This document shows, one piece after another, positions 13,696 through 27,596 of a stretch of DNA of 64,000 nt. The translations under genes were made by a program, and so were the position numbers. The notes under the pieces are model-generated. The model made no database searches. It was not told the DNA's origin and was given only the letters and a program-made list of their open reading frames with translations. How positions within the stretch are numbered: the stretch's first letter is position 1; every line of letters begins with the position of its first letter. The DNA is from the human T2T-CHM13v2.0 reference genome, Homo sapiens. The stretch lies in the NCBI GenBank assembly GCA_009914755.4, contig CP068257.2, forward strand, positions 24,800,001 to 24,864,000, given 5' to 3'.

Positions 13696-14299
13696 AAGTT
13701 AGGCCTAGATAGCACAACTCATCTCCTTGTTTACTGAATTGATGATCTATGTCTTTATAAAGGGCTTTTATGACTGTGAAATAGTTGAGCCTTGCTACAT
13801 CCAACCAACTAACCAATAGACAAGTGAGTAAAGGATAGATGTATAACTAATAGTTTTAATAAACAAAACGAAATGAAAACAATCATTATTGGTCACATTA
13901 AAACAGGAAATGAAAGCCTCTCAGATTCTCAGACTTTGAAGATACATGTTCTTAAGGAAAAATCTTTAGATGACATTATCTATGAGCCTGACTTTAGCCA
14001 AAGCAAATGTGCAAATGAATTTTGCCTTTTAATGGTTTCGTCAGCTTGATGTCTATGGCAGATCCTATCTACTTCATCTATGTTGACTAGTGTGACCCAT
14101 GGGCCTGCTGTATTCTCTGTGTACATTCAGCTAAGACTTTTCACTTCCCACAGTTTCAGTATTCTCACCTTTGAGATCACAGGGTCTTGCTTAATGGCCT
14201 CTAAGGTTGCATCTTGTACTAATGTGTCTTCACAGCACTTCCTACAGTTGAATTTGATGAATTAATTTTGTAGTGACTTTTTCATGTACAGTACATAGA

Positions 14300-14450
14300 G
14301 ATTACTGCATTCTCTATGAGTTAAAGGATCAGGCCAATTTTCTTCATTGCTATACCCCCAGCATTTAGTGTCTGACACAATAAGTTCCCAATAAAAATGT
14401 GTTGATTTGAATAAATGCTGCATGAATGAAATAAATGAATGAAAGTGATT
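14300..14450 (+). repeat. MIR SINE 3' portion
   Basis: cccagcatttagtgtctgacacaataagttcccaataaaaatgtgttgatttgaataaatgctgcatgaatgaaataaatgaatgaaag matches the MIR tail ...CAGTGCCTGGCACATAGTAAGCGCTCAATAAATGTT. Confidence 0.5.
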
Positions 14451-15659
14451 CTAAAAAGGGTGTTCACAAATATACCAAGCTTACTTTTTGATAACTTGCT
14501 GGAAGAAGTTATCATCTTCTTCCTATGAAATCTACTACCAATCTTATTTTATTTTTAAACTTGGGCTTTGAGATGTCATGATATCAATTGACTCATTTTA
14601 GTAATTTTCTGTTTCATTCTTCTTAAGTAGAAATCTTGCCTTTAATATTTTAATGTTAATGCTATCTTACAGGTACAGGGGTCTAACTCACTTAAATCCA
14701 TGCTCAGCGCACGTAAAAAGCCAATGTCTTAATTTCCAAAGACATATTTCAAACGCAGTGACATGAACACAGGGCTGCCTGATTGGATTTTCCCCCTAAT
14801 GAATGGAGACCATAAAAAGGACTTATGTCTAGTATCAATTATTCATACTCCAACAACTTGTGCATCCACAAGTTATAGCTCAACCTCTTTACCAACAATA
14901 AAATGCATCTTTTCTCTGAACAGAATGCAGGTTGCTGTCAGGTAAAAATATATCGTGACTTGAACAATGGATATTTGCATCCATCCCTGGGAGGCACGGA
15001 CACAAGGCCATTACTTGGGTGAAACAGAACTGTCAAAACAGAACTGCGGCAAAAGAGGCCAAAGTATGACTTGAGATATTCTTGCTATTGAAACACCAGT
15101 CTCTAAAGTTTGGAGAAGAGAATGGAAGTAGAACATTTCTTAAACCCAACTGCTCTTCAGATCAGCACAGTCAACTAAGCGATTCATTGCTAATGGCATG
15201 TTAGCGTCATTAAATATTCAAAATATTTTAGAAGTAATGATACTTCTGTACTTATAGGTTATTTTTTCTTTGGGGTTGAGAGTGAGGTAACTGAGGAAGT
15301 GAAATCTTGAGAAAAATTTAGGGCAGGACAATTCTTTTTTAATGCAATTGTCTATTGTGGTGCACTAAATACCAGTAGCATCTCCCTTGACATTGCATCA
15401 CCTGGGGTCCTACTACACTGTTTCAAAAACCCCTTGGCCTGGGGTGACAGCGATGGTACCATTAGTCATTGTGAATCGTACCCATTTAAAAAGCCAGCAC
15501 AGAAAAGGGATAGAAGGGGAGGAGGAGAGCTGCTTCTTATAATCGCTTTGAATTTAAGAACTTTGGACTATATCCAACTTTGCCCTTATTAGAGTATTTG
15601 TGCAACTACATTCTACACTGTAGATTATAGCTCTATAAAACACATTTGATAATCGATTC

Positions 15660-15790
15660 AACATATACTTCTTATTCAGTGCCTACTCTGGGTGCCAGTA
15701 TAGAGTCATGCATTGAGCAGACTTACCCCTGTTCTCAGGGAGTTTACAGTCTAGTAGAGGAAGGGCACAGAGCAGAAAGAAGTAAACACA
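15660..15790 (-). repeat. MIR-family SINE fragment
   Basis: cttattcagtgcctactctgggtgccagtatagagtcatgc...gagtttacagtctagtagaggaagggcacagag is the reverse complement of the MIR tail (ttattgagcgcttactatgtgccaggcactgttc...). Confidence 0.45.
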
Positions 15791-15942
15791 CATTTATTTA
15801 ACTATATCTTGGGGTAAGTGCTATGAAGGCAGCGTATAGGGAGTGTTGATGCAGAAAAATGAATAAGGTGTTGTTAGAGACCTGCTCAGATCAGGTTGTC
15901 AGAGAAAGCTAATTTTATGGTTTGGTATTTAACATGTGACCT

Positions 15943-16249
15943 GGCCTACATAGTGGCTCTTGTCTGTAATCCTAGCACTATGGAAGGCCTGGGCAGGAGT
16001 ATCGCTTGGGGCCTGGAGTTGGAGACCAGCCTGGGAACCACTGTGAGCTCCCATCTCTACAAAAAATAAATAAAAAATTAGCCAGCCATGGTGGTGAGCA
16101 CATATTGTCCTAGCTACTCCAGAGGCTGAGGCAAAAGGATTGCTTGAGCCGAAGAGTTGGAAGCTGCAGTAAGTCATTATTGCATCACTGCACTCCAGCT
16201 TAGGCAACAGAGTGAGACTATGTCTCTAAAAAGAAAAATAAAAAAAAAG
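15943..16249 (+). mobile_element. Alu SINE (full length, with A-rich tail)
   Basis: ggcctacatagtggctcttgtctgtaatcctagcactatggaaggcc...ccatctctacaaaaaataaataaaaaattagccagccatggtggtg...gcagtaagtcattattgcatcactgcactccagcttaggcaacagagtgagactatgtctctaaaaagaaaaataaaaaaaaag. Confidence 0.9.
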
Positions 16250-16259
16250 TAAGACCGGA

Positions 16260-16590
16260 GGAATGAAAAAGAGTCAGCTATGTTCCAGACAGGAATCAGA
16301 ATGTGCAAAGGCCCTGAGTTTGGAAAGAGCATGTCAACAATAACCCGAACCAACAATTGTGTAGAGAACTGGCACAGCACAGTGGATAACAGCAAGGATG
16401 CTGTGGTCTCCCTGCTCAACTTCACGTGCCATGGTTAGATGTGTGACCTTGCAGAAGGTACTTAACCTCTCTAAAAATCAGTTTTTTCATCTGTTAAATG
16501 CAGATAACATTATAATTGTATGAGGTAACATTTGTGAAGAGCTTAAAATAGTGCTTGATACACATTAAGTGCTATGTGTTTGTTAAATTA
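16260..16590 (+). repeat. MIR/L2-era SINE-like element
   Basis: cagaatgtgcaaaggccctgag, then a tRNA-like head (cacagtggataacagcaaggatgctgtggtctccctgct), a core (gtgaccttgcagaaggtacttaacctctctaaaaatcagttttttcatctgttaaatgcag) and a tail (gcttaaaatagtgcttgatacacattaagtgctatgtgtttgttaaat). Confidence 0.55.
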
Positions 16591-16829
16591 AAAAATAATA
16601 AGTAGGAGAGTGGAAAGAAGTGTCAAGCAACTGGAGTCTGTATCCAAGGATTGCTACCAAAAAGCTGTCCCATCAGCAGTAACTTTGAACAAATCTCTCA
16701 TCTCTTCTGTGTCTGTTTTCTTACTTGTAAGTGTTACACAAAAATATTCCTATGCTGTCTCTAAGAGTCTATGTGATTCTTTTTTTATTGGTTTGTTCAT
16801 TCTTGACTGCTGCCATGTGCATTTTATTC

Positions 16830-17597
16830 TTTTTTTAATTGTAATTTTTTATTATACTTTAAGTTCTGGGATACATGTGCAGAACATGCAGGTTTATTAC
16901 ATAGGTATATATGTGCCATGGTGGTTTGCTGCACCCATCAACCCATCATCTACATTAGGTGTTTCTCCTAATGCTATCCCTTCCCTAACCCCCCACCCCC
17001 CGACAGGCCCCAGTATGTGATGTTCCCATCCCTGTGTCCATGTGTTCTCATTGTGCAACTCCCACTTATGAGTGAGAACATGCAGTGTTTGGTTTTCTGT
17101 TCCTGTGTTAGTTTGCTGAGAATGACGGTTTCCAGCTTCATCTATGTCCCTGCAAAGGACATGAACTCATCCTTTTTTATGGCTGCATAGTATTCCATGG
17201 TGTGCCACATTTTCTCTATCCAGTCTATCATTGATGGGCACTTGGGTTGGTTCCAAGTCTTTGCTATTGTGAATAGTGCTGCAATAAACATATGCGTGCA
17301 TGTGTCTTTATAGTAGAATGATTTATAATCCTTTGGGCTTATACCCAGTAATGGGCTTGCTGGGTCAAATGGTATTTCTGGTTGTACATCCTTGAGGAAT
17401 CGCCACACTGTCTTCCACAATAGTTGAACTAATTTATACTCCCACCAGTAGGAGCATCTGTTGTTTCCTGACTTTTTAATGATCGCCATTCTAACTGGCG
17501 TGAGATGGTATCTCATTGTGGTTTTTATTTGCATTTCTTCAATGACCAGTGATGATGAGCTTTTTTTCGTATGTTTGTTGGCCACATAAATGTCGCT
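16830..17597 (-). mobile_element. L1 (L1PA-like) 3' segment with an ORF2 C-terminal remnant and 3' UTR
   Basis: The plus strand is L1 antisense: gatgggtgcagcaaaccaccatggcacatatatacctatgtaataaacctgcatgttctgcacatgtatcccagaacttaaagtataa reversed, then cccaccccccgacaggccc...cccacttatgagtgagaacatgcagtgtttggttttctgttcc...atgaactcatccttttttatggctgcatagtattccatggtgtg. The minus ORF 17142-17585 (147 aa) is ORF2 C-terminus-like: ...[27 protein letters not shown]...KDTCTHMFIAALFTIAKTWNQPKCP.... Confidence 0.9.
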
Positions 17598-17893
17598 TTT
17601 TTTATTTTTTTAAAAAAGACAGAGTCTTTCTCTGTCACTCAGGCTGGGTGCAATCATAACTCACTACAGCCTCCAACTCCTGAGCTTAAATAATCCTCCT
17701 GCCTCAGTCTCCAGAGTAGCTAGGGCTACAGGTTCACACCACCATGCCTGACTAATTAAAAACTTCTTGTGTGTGTGGAGATGGGATCCCACTGTGTTGC
17801 CCAGACTAGTCTTGAACTCATGGCCTCAAGCAACCCTCTTGCCTCAGCTTCCCAAAGTGTTGGGATTACAGGTGTGAGCTACTGCACCTAGCC
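17596..17893 (-). mobile_element. Alu SINE (full length) abutting the 5' truncation point of the L1 fragment
   Basis: Poly-T tail gctttttttatttttttaaaaaag, then gacagagtctttctctgtcactcaggctgggtgcaatcataactcactacagcctccaactcctgagc...cccaaagtgttgggattacaggtgtgagctactgcacctagcc. Confidence 0.9.
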
Positions 17894-19179
17894 ATTTTGT
17901 TCTTAAGAAGACAGTGGCCTTGCAGAAGTCTTCATCATCTGAAAGCTGGTTAGTGGTAGAGTTGAGACTAGAACCCAGGTCTCCTGCTTGTTTTCTCAAA
18001 TAAATACATAATGCAAACACAGAACAGTTGAGAAGAGATGCTGGTCTATTTTAATATATTAGTTGACTCGGATATTTTTAAAAGAATGAAAGTGTCTCAG
18101 TCAGGGCCTTGGTAAGAAGTCGATGGCTACCCATATTGAGTAATTTGAAGAGAGTTCATGAAATGCGTGGATAGAGTGAAGGGAAACTACAGGCGGTAGT
18201 GCAGTACTCCATGACTAGCAGCAATAGGGAAGCTTTGGCAGTCCTAGGTCTAAAAGGGGAAGGAGAGAAGCTAGAAATATAGCTGTTTGGAGAAGGCATC
18301 CCATGGGAATTGGACTTTTGTTTGAGAGGCACCATCCAGATAAATACTTCAAGTAAGTATTCCATCTTCACTCTCCTTTTTCTTTCTGCTTTCCTGAATG
18401 GCCTCTCCATTGGCCAAATTCAACCAGAAGCACAACTGTCAAGGGAAGTCCTTGGTGCAGTCCAAGCAGTGTAGACTCCTGGGCAGAAATAGAGGGGAGG
18501 GTGTGGAGAGTGGATTTGTAAAGGGAAGGGGAATGTGTACACAGTACAAAAAAGGTTTAATGTCAATGGTCATCTTACCTTTTATTTCTATTAGACATTT
18601 TGTTCATCCAACACTTTTAGATATCTTATGTCATGCCAGATATTTGCTCAAAAAATCATTATATAATGAAGTGACGTGTGGTCCTCATTTTTAATTCTGC
18701 TGACATTGTAAAGAACTTGTGCCAATATCATGGTCAATTCACATAAAAATTAAATAATGAATTTATCTAAATTGTTCAATATAATTATTGTATTAATTCA
18801 TTTCAATTTGGCAAAACAATAGTTTCAGGTAAGTACTATTTTAAGGCTACTTATGCTGTACTAGGAGAAAAGGATTAGTCATTGAAATCATTGTATTCTG
18901 CATGTAATACAGAAGGCAGGAGCCCAGGTTGAGCTTAACTGCTCACTCTCAGCATTTAAAGGACTGAGCTCGGGGAGCGGCTCTACCAAGATTTTCTTTG
19001 CATGAGAGACTAAGAAGTCTCCTAGGCAAGGTTCATCCTAGGGGAAGAAAGAGTTAGAATTATGTTCCCATAAAAATGTCCCGGGTTTCTGAGGAGAATA
19101 TAATTGTTTTAATATAATAAAAGCACAATACCTATCACTAGAATTTGCCTAAAGATTATGAATTGAAACATTTACAGTA

Positions 19180-19300
19180 TCCAAAACTGTAAAATGGGGA
19201 TAATAATAATACCTATGCCATGGGTTTGAGAGGATTAAATGTAAGTTAAATGTAAATTGCTTAGAACAGTGCTTGGTGCACACATACACACACACACTTA
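19180..19300 (+). repeat. MIR SINE (core plus 3' region)
   Basis: ctgtaaaatggggataataataatacctatgccatgggtttgagaggattaaatgtaagttaaatgtaaattgcttagaacagtgcttggtgcacacatac aligns with the MIR consensus. Confidence 0.65.
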
Positions 19301-20713
19301 CTGTTATTATTAATTAAGGTAACACATTTCTAGGGATGATTCCATTGAGAATCAATGTTTTTACAGTGGTATTACTGCTTCTCAGAACGTGGATAAATGC
19401 ATTATTTCTCTCCATACGTATTAAATAATAATAGCACAAAAGCTGGTTGCAATTTTATAACCCATTTTCAGCCAATTTTAGTGTTTTTGTTTCTTTTCAG
19501 AATATTCAGTAGTTTTTCAACATACCCTGGAGAAATGGTAACGTGAAAACTATGGCATCTTATTTTAGTAAAATACCTTAGTGTATCCTTTGGACATTGC
19601 TTCTGAAGTCTAAATTACATTAGAATCTATTCTATGGATATACAATTCATGAAGCAATTATTTTCTGATATTCAGTTGGTATTCTTTTTATGTAAGAAAC
19701 GAGAAGCTTAATTTTAAGAATTATAAAAGTGCCTCTCCCAAACTGACATGTTATCCTGTTCCCACTAAGTGAGTCATTCAAGATGAGCACATTCCTCTTA
19801 TGAAGGGGCACGTGTTAATACTGCACTTAAAGGCACGATTTAACTCTATCTGGATTGACATGTACATCAATTAAAAACTATGAAGCTACAGCCTTTGTTC
19901 AGTTGTCTGACTCATACTTTAGATTATGGACTACACTTAGAATATGCTACTCACTACAAACTCACTTCCTCTAATTCTTAAAGTTCTTTTAATATTCCTT
20001 CATGTCAAATATTAGTTGCTTACTTAATATATTCAATCATTTTTACCATGTCCCAAATATCATGTAGGTACTCCCTGAGGACTACAAATATCCAAGGGAC
20101 AGTCTTGGCTCTCAAAGAGCTTAGAATCTAATGGAGGAGACAGACATTTACACAAATCTATTACAAGGCTACAAGAGGGGTATTGGATTAGGTACCAAAA
20201 TGGCTGGAGGTGGGAAATGATTAATTCTGATTGGAAAATTTGCCAGGGTCCTCTTCTCCGGGTATCAGCTCTTTACCTAGATCTGGAAAGATGAGGAGGG
20301 TTTCTGCAGCTTAAGTGAGGGTTTATCTATCCTCAGGCAAGGAGGTAAGGGAATTAGCACCGTGTGTTCAGGTGGTGGCAAGGGATGAGGAGGGTGGTCT
20401 CCAAATGCATTTTCACAGGTAAAGCAGGAGTTGAACTCTGAATGCTTTATCCCTTTGGATGGCTTTCAAGTTCCTTTCTAGTCAATAGGGAAGATGATAT
20501 GCAAAATGTGTGATAATCAAGACATTAACTGATAAGGTACAAAAATGGGGAATCTGATCGCTTGGATCTCTTCGGATTTTAGTCAGAGAAAATTATTCAT
20601 CTTGCAGACCATGGAAACAATGCAAGATATCTTATTCATTTATTAGCCATGACGAAACGAGATTCAGAAAATGATTCTCTTGCTTCTTCCTCACATTTAG
20701 AAATGGCAGGTAT

Positions 20714-21030
20714 GGTTCAGGCATGGTGGCTTACACCTGTAATTTCAGCACTTTGGGAGGCCAAGGCAAGAGGATTGCTTGAGGCCAGGAGTTCGAGATC
20801 AGCCTGAGCAACATAGCAAGACCCCATCTTTACAAAAAAATAAACAAATTAGCCAGGTTTCATGGCACGCACCTGTATTCCCAGCTACTGGGGAGACTGA
20901 GGTGGGAGGATCATTTGAGCCCAGGAGTTGAGGCTGCAGTGAGTCATGATCATTTCCCTGCACTCTAGCCTAGGTGGCAGAATGAAACCCTGTCTCTGAA
21001 GAAAGAACAAACAACAATTAAAAAAGAAAT
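20714..21030 (+). mobile_element. Alu SINE (full length)
   Basis: ggttcaggcatggtggcttacacctgtaatttcagcactttgggaggccaaggcaagaggattgcttgaggccaggagttcgagatcagcctg...gcagtgagtcatgatcatttccctgcactctagcctaggtggcagaatgaaaccctgtctc plus an A-rich tail. Confidence 0.9.
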
Positions 21031-21089
21031 GACAGGTGATACACACTCAAAAGCTATTCATGACTGGGTTAGAAAAAGGAGAACAGAGA

Positions 21090-21425
<336 letters not shown>

Positions 21426-22109
21426 TTAAAAAACAATTTCTCCTTCATGCTTCCAGAGAAGGCAAATATTCCTAACACATGTTCCCCCAGTTCCAACCAT
21501 TTCCTTGGATTGGATGTTTATTTTTAGGGAAGGCATTCAGGATTAGCTTAGGTAGCAACTTGATCCACTGAACACTCATCTGGGAACTTGTCTTGGAATT
21601 ATTTTCTTGATGAAGATTAAATATCTAGGAACAGAGTTGAAACAAAGGTTAGAACTGGGACTATTTTAAGACTCGTCCATAAAGGTATGTGGTGTATGTG
21701 CTGTACTTCATTCCCTGCCTAATACGATGGGCTTTAGTGCAGCTCATAAATGAAGTTCATGAGAAACACAAGCCTTGTGTGTATCTTTTCAGTATTTCTT
21801 AGGAATGTAGCACTTATCTAGTTAATGTGGTCCTTGAATGTTGCCAGCTCCATTCTGCTCCTGTTGGTTCAATAAAAGCAATTTGATCACAGCCAAGCAT
21901 GGCTTGGGATTCTTTCAGCTGTTGAGTTGGTACATTCTTATTAGAGGGAAGGTATTATTTTCTACATTGCCTAAACTCTAAATAATCAACTTAAGGAGAG
22001 TAAGATAAAATATCTTTGCTATGGTACACCAACTACTAAGATGGCCCCCAAAGCTCTCTGCCTCTTGGTTTCTGTGTCCTTGTGTAATTCCCTCCTCTTT
22101 TATGTGAGA

Positions 22110-22584
22110 TGAACTTAGTGTCCTGATTCTAAAGAACAGGTTATGGCAAATGTGATGGGATATCACTTCCAATATTGGATTTCGTAAGTCTGTGACTTCT
22201 GTCTTCCTAGCACTCTCTTCCACTCCATGGCTCTTCTTGCTTGCTCTGGGGGAGCAAGCTGACACATTTAAAGTTGTCCTACAGAGAGGCCCATATGCCA
22301 AGGAATTGAGGGTGGTTTCTGGCCAATAGCTAGTGAGAAAATGAAGCTGGCACAAAAGCCTCGGAGGGACTGAATCTCGTCAATGACCATGCATGGGAGT
22401 GAGCTTGGAATCAGATACTTTCTCAGTTGTACATTGAGATGACAGCAGCCTGTGACAGTCCCTGAGCCAGAAGACCCAGCTAAGCCACCCTCAGATTCCT
22501 GATCCATAGAAACTGAGATAATACATGTTTCAAGCCACTAAGTTTTGAGTTAAATTTGTTACACAGCAATGGATAACAAATGCA
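22110..22584 (+). mobile_element. MaLR/ERVL-type solo LTR
   Basis: ggcaaatgtgatgggatatcacttccaatattggatttcgtaagtctgtgacttctgtcttcctagcactctcttcc...agaggcccatatgccaaggaattgagggtggtttctggccaatagctagtgag...gtttcaagccactaagttttgagttaaatttgttacacagcaatggataacaaatgcac has the typical LTR body and MaLR 3' terminus. Confidence 0.6.
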
Positions 22585-25500
22585 CCTGTTTATAGAAGTG
22601 GTGAGGCTTCGGAGTGGGGCATAAAGGAAAGAGAATATGTATATTCAGTTGCAACTATCAGAGTCACCAACCCAGGTAGGATCTTTGTAACAGATGTTCT
22701 ACATATATTGTTTATAATCATTGCAACCACGTGGCAAGGATGGTGTTATTCATATATTTTGAATGAAACTGAGGTTATGGAAATGTTGTTATTTGGCTCC
22801 GTACATGTAGTTAGAAGATGACAGAGATGAGAGGGGAAACAAAGTCTCCCTTACTCTGAAGCCTTGGTTCTGTCCCCTGCATTAGAGGGATGTTAGAGGC
22901 CTGAGTGGGGTTAAGTAGGCTGGAAATCAGAATCACCTGTGGGTTGCTTTATAGTTAATCATGTCACTTTCCTTTTCTGGAGGTCCTGACAATGTTTATA
23001 CTGAACCACACTACACAGTACAGTTGCACCAAAGAGTTTTGCTCTTGCACAAGTTCAGCCATATCCCATGCAGCTTGGCCCCAAATCAGAGAATAAAAAC
23101 TATGCATTTCAGATAGGTTTTGATTGAGAATATGGTAGTTCTTGGATGCCTCTGTGGTGATTAACAAGGTGACCATGTGACTTTGGCATTCTGGTGTTAG
23201 GTTGTTTTAATTAAGTGAAAAATTAAAACAATAGTACCCAGAGCTCCACTATTTGATGAGCTTAATATACAATCTTATGTGTCCCAGTCCCTACTTTACC
23301 TACAACCAAAAGTTGGCAAAATGAGTTTGGTTAAACAAGGACAAGTTGGAAGTAGAGTGGATGTATGATGAGTGCTGCCGTCATTTGGTGGTGGGAACAT
23401 GATTATGAAAAAACAGAAGGGTAGCCTACAGCCCTGCACCTTAGGAAGATTAGGTAGCCCCACATGCTCCTGTAGTGGCTTCTGAAGCTGGGTAGGCAGC
23501 TGCAGAATTGATTAGACTCTGAGAACAGGCTGTGGCTCTGTTTCACCAGCTCTAACATCAGGTCTAAGGTCTCTCTCCTATCATCAGCCCTTCAGCTCTT
23601 GCAACAGCTTTCCTGCCCATGGCTCTGGAGAGGGCCAGATTAGCCTCTCGCTGCTCATGGTTCTCATGCAAGTTATTGTCTTGCTTCCATGGGAATGGAC
23701 TCTCCACACAAATAAGTGAAAGACATCACAATTAGCTGACAAAGTCCATAGTTTCTCCTGGAGGAGATTGGAGTGGTCTCTTTTTCAATGACTTCCTGCT
23801 ATCTCACTGCGTTTTTGCATAGATTTCTCTAGAGTGGCACTACCCAATAACGTAGGTAGCCCGTAGCCACATGAGGCTATGCAGCATTTGCAATGGGGTT
23901 AATGAGACAGATGAAGTAAATTTTTCATCTAATTTCATTTCAATTAATTTAAACTTAAATGACCATATGTAGCTGATGATTGCTGTGTTGGATAATATAG
24001 TTCTAGAGGTTGTTCTCATTATATTGTTGTTTTGTTAATTTATTTTGGGCTAATATTTATTGGACGTTTTCTATGTGCCAGGCACTATACTTAGAGTTTT
24101 GTATATATTCATCCAGTTTTTGCAGAACGCGATGAGACTGATAATATTATTTACATTTTCCAGAGCAGAAAGTTGAATCTCAGAGATGAAGTAGCCTGCT
24201 TCAAATCACACAGGCAGGAGACAGGATTCAAAATAAAGTCTGTCTGGCTCCAGCCCTGTGTTTCCTGTACAGAAGAATGAGGCAAAGTCAGCAGAAATAG
24301 AGGGTGAAAAAAATGGACACAAGACAATGAAAATATAATCTGTGTTATAATAGGTTCTTTCACTTTATTGCTTATTGTAAACACTTTGGCCATAGCAAAT
24401 GTTAGTTTTTAAATAACCGTAATTCAAAACTTTCACATCCTATACTATTTTTCCCCAAGAAGCATCATCTATGAAAACAATCAGTGAACTCCAACAGTCT
24501 ATACTGGTAATGTGCACATTGATGCTATTATGACACTTAATACAAATAGTAAAAATACTCATCTATTGTAGGCTTATGGGTTTGTAAAATGCCTTAAGGG
24601 AGGCCATAAACAACTCAAAGAAGAGATGGTGTGGACTGAACTGGCTTCTATTTGGGGAAAATTTGCAGAATATAGGAGGTACGCAATAAATGTTTATTGA
24701 TGGTGAAGATGAGAAAACCCTATTTCTGCTGATCTTTCCTTTCCGTTTTCCTTAAAGAATATAAGGTATATTTGTATTCAGCATTCTCAGAATCATCACA
24801 GAAACCCTGGCACTTTGAGAGTCTTAGCCACAGTGTAATTGGGTCTGACCACACGCAGAAGAAAAATAAATTAAAGCATATGTACTATTAAAATTGCACT
24901 GAAAACTTTATGTAAGTCAGGGAGCCCCTCACCAGAACAGGCTGAAACTCTTGAATGCTTTGCATCCTCATATATAAGAAAATCATCAGTGCTTAAAGAT
25001 CAAGGAACTCATTCAAAACAAATTCAGCCTTTGGACCTTACTGGCAGGTAGGTTATATTTCAGTCAGATCAATATCTTTCTAATATAGGTATTTGAAAGT
25101 AATATATGCTACTTATAATAATGATATAGTAAGCTTCTTATCTGCAAGTACAGGTACTATAACTTACACCTTAAAATGCTTTGTTTGATTGTTTCATTCA
25201 GCAAAATTCTTGGCACTGTTTTGGGATTTCACTGAATTTTGATGATGATATTGGATTAAGCATTTTAGATTTAATTGTAAAATGACACAAAAATCTAATC
25301 ATCTATTTCCAATGTTCAATATACAATTTTTATAAATACATGAAACAATTCATATAAAAATATAAATGTTAAGGTCACTCACAGCAAAATATGGCACATT
25401 AGAATTATTTATTAAATGCTTTATACATATAAAGGTAGGCACTTCATAAAATTTGCATTTTGGTAAAAGGCAACAATTTGATGTCAGTATCTTAATTGTG

Positions 25501-26089
25501 TCATTAACTTTTTTAAGAGAACAGATTATCAAAATTTTACGAAGAAGAAAAAAATAATAGTTTTAAGGAAATCTACAGAAGGGAATCTGAACTTCATTTC
25601 CCACTTTATTTTTGCGAGTCTGTTGTGTATCTTCATGGTCAAGTTCTGAGATTTTTGCTCCCTGACCTAAAATCCTGTGGGAATAATTGATTTCTCATCT
25701 TTTACTTGGAAGTGAAGTGTCTGCTACCTGTGGAACTTGATACAATTTTTTTTTTCTCCCCACAGTTAGAATAACCTTTATTCTGATCCACTATAAAGCC
25801 AGATGATTTTTAGGTGGCAGTAGCTGGCATTGAAGAGTTCTTGGCTTCAAGCGGCTGTTGAGTCTTTTTGGTCTTGTTTTAACTCCCTAATTAAATAAAT
25901 AAGATCCAACTCTTTCTGTTGTATTCACTCCTGGACATATAGAAATTCACTTCACACCCACCTAAAATACGAGCAGAACTTCTGAGGCCCAATGAACCCA
26001 TCTACTATTTGATTTTGTTATCCCTTCTGGAGCGTGTCTCTACCAAGAGCTTCACAAAGCAATCTAGTCATTGCTCTTTCTTGTACTAA

Positions 26090-26190
26090 AACCAGAGTAC
26101 CCATCCTGTAACTTCCATCAGGACCTCAAACAGTGCTAGGCACATAGTAAACTCTTAGGCACTCAAAATACATTTATTGATGAATGAAAG
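26090..26190 (+). repeat. MIR SINE 3' fragment (lies in the putative CYYR1 3' UTR, antisense to the gene)
   Basis: caaacagtgctaggcacatagtaaactcttaggcactcaaaatacatttattgatgaatgaaagaatgaac. Confidence 0.5.
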
Positions 26191-26625
26191 AATGAACAAT
26201 TCTAGTTCTGACTTTTAAAGCTATATAGAATAAAGTTGCTTCCTTGTGTGGGCCAAATCATTCTCCCATCCTACTTAGATCTTCTTTTTTTCCAGGATCA
26301 ATACTGAAACTTTCTTCACCTAGCCCTTAAACAACATGATTATCAGATATTTTGTCAATTACATTACTCTTCCCTGAATGTGCTTAGGTGGATCAGCAGA
26401 TCTCTTAAAATGTGGTTCCATAGAACCAAACATTAATACTCCAGATGGGGTCAGCTTTGAGCAGAGTAGAAATCCTATATCTCCTAGCAGGGATATTCCA
26501 CCTGACACATTATCTGACCCCAAAAAGTATTCCTTGGAGCAATTCTTTCCTGCCTGTTTCTGAGTAGAGGCATTTTATTCCAGGCAAGATCGCCCATTGG
26601 CACATGTTCTGTTCTGGGAGATAGA

Positions 26626-26832
<207 letters not shown>

Positions 26833-27596
26833 CTAGATACTTTGGGAGGGGACATAAATTGTGGCTGCAAAAATCTTAGTTTTATTAGGTCAGGACCACA
26901 TATGTATGAAAGGGTAAGTGCTCTAAAATGTGGTATCATGGGTCAAAGTGTTAAGAACTGGTTGTTTAGAGAAAGTTTCTTGAAAATATGATGCTGAAGT
27001 GGCAGAAAGAGAAGGTGAGGGACAATTCAGGTTGATCAAAAGCACTGAAGCGGGAGAGCCCTTCATCTCAAGCAAAAGTACATGAAAGGGAGAATGGGAA
27101 AAGACAATGAGGAGTGCGGTTATATCACCATGGTGGGCTCTGAATGCAATGTAGAATGTATAACATGTAGCTATCAGAGATTCTTTGAACATGGTAGTGA
27201 ATATGCTTTGAGAAAACCACTCTCAGCAGTCAACAGAGGCAGAGGTAGATAAAAGAAAAGCTGCAACAATGTAATGGCATATGTGAGGGATGATAAGGGA
27301 CTCATGACAGTGAGGGAAAAACATTCTAACAGTCCTTGAGCAACCAAGTCTTTAGGTGATGACTGGGTGTGTGGAGAAAGAGAGGAGAAAGTGAAAGAAG
27401 GGGTTGAGGTATTAGGTACCAAGTACAGGACTCCTATAATTGGAGGGGGGTGGAACCATTACAGAAATATGAAGAAGACAAAAAAGGAGGACAAGTAGGT
27501 TAGGAAATGAAGATGAAACATTTAATTTTCTGAATCTTATATGAAAAATTTTCTTTATTTTGTTACTGTACCATATGTCAGTGTTTTAAGAAAGTT

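Noticed and set aside
16610-17020. 136-aa plus ORF
   Set aside because: It lies over the L1 3' UTR/tail and unique AT-rich DNA, shows no coding-like composition and has no homology-like motifs.
23350-24000. Repeat-sounding segment (...gccacatgaggctatgcagcatttgcaatgggg...aatttaaacttaaatgaccatatgtagctg...), reminiscent of a common mammalian interspersed repeat
   Set aside because: I could not assign a family or boundaries with confidence, so it is not listed as a feature.
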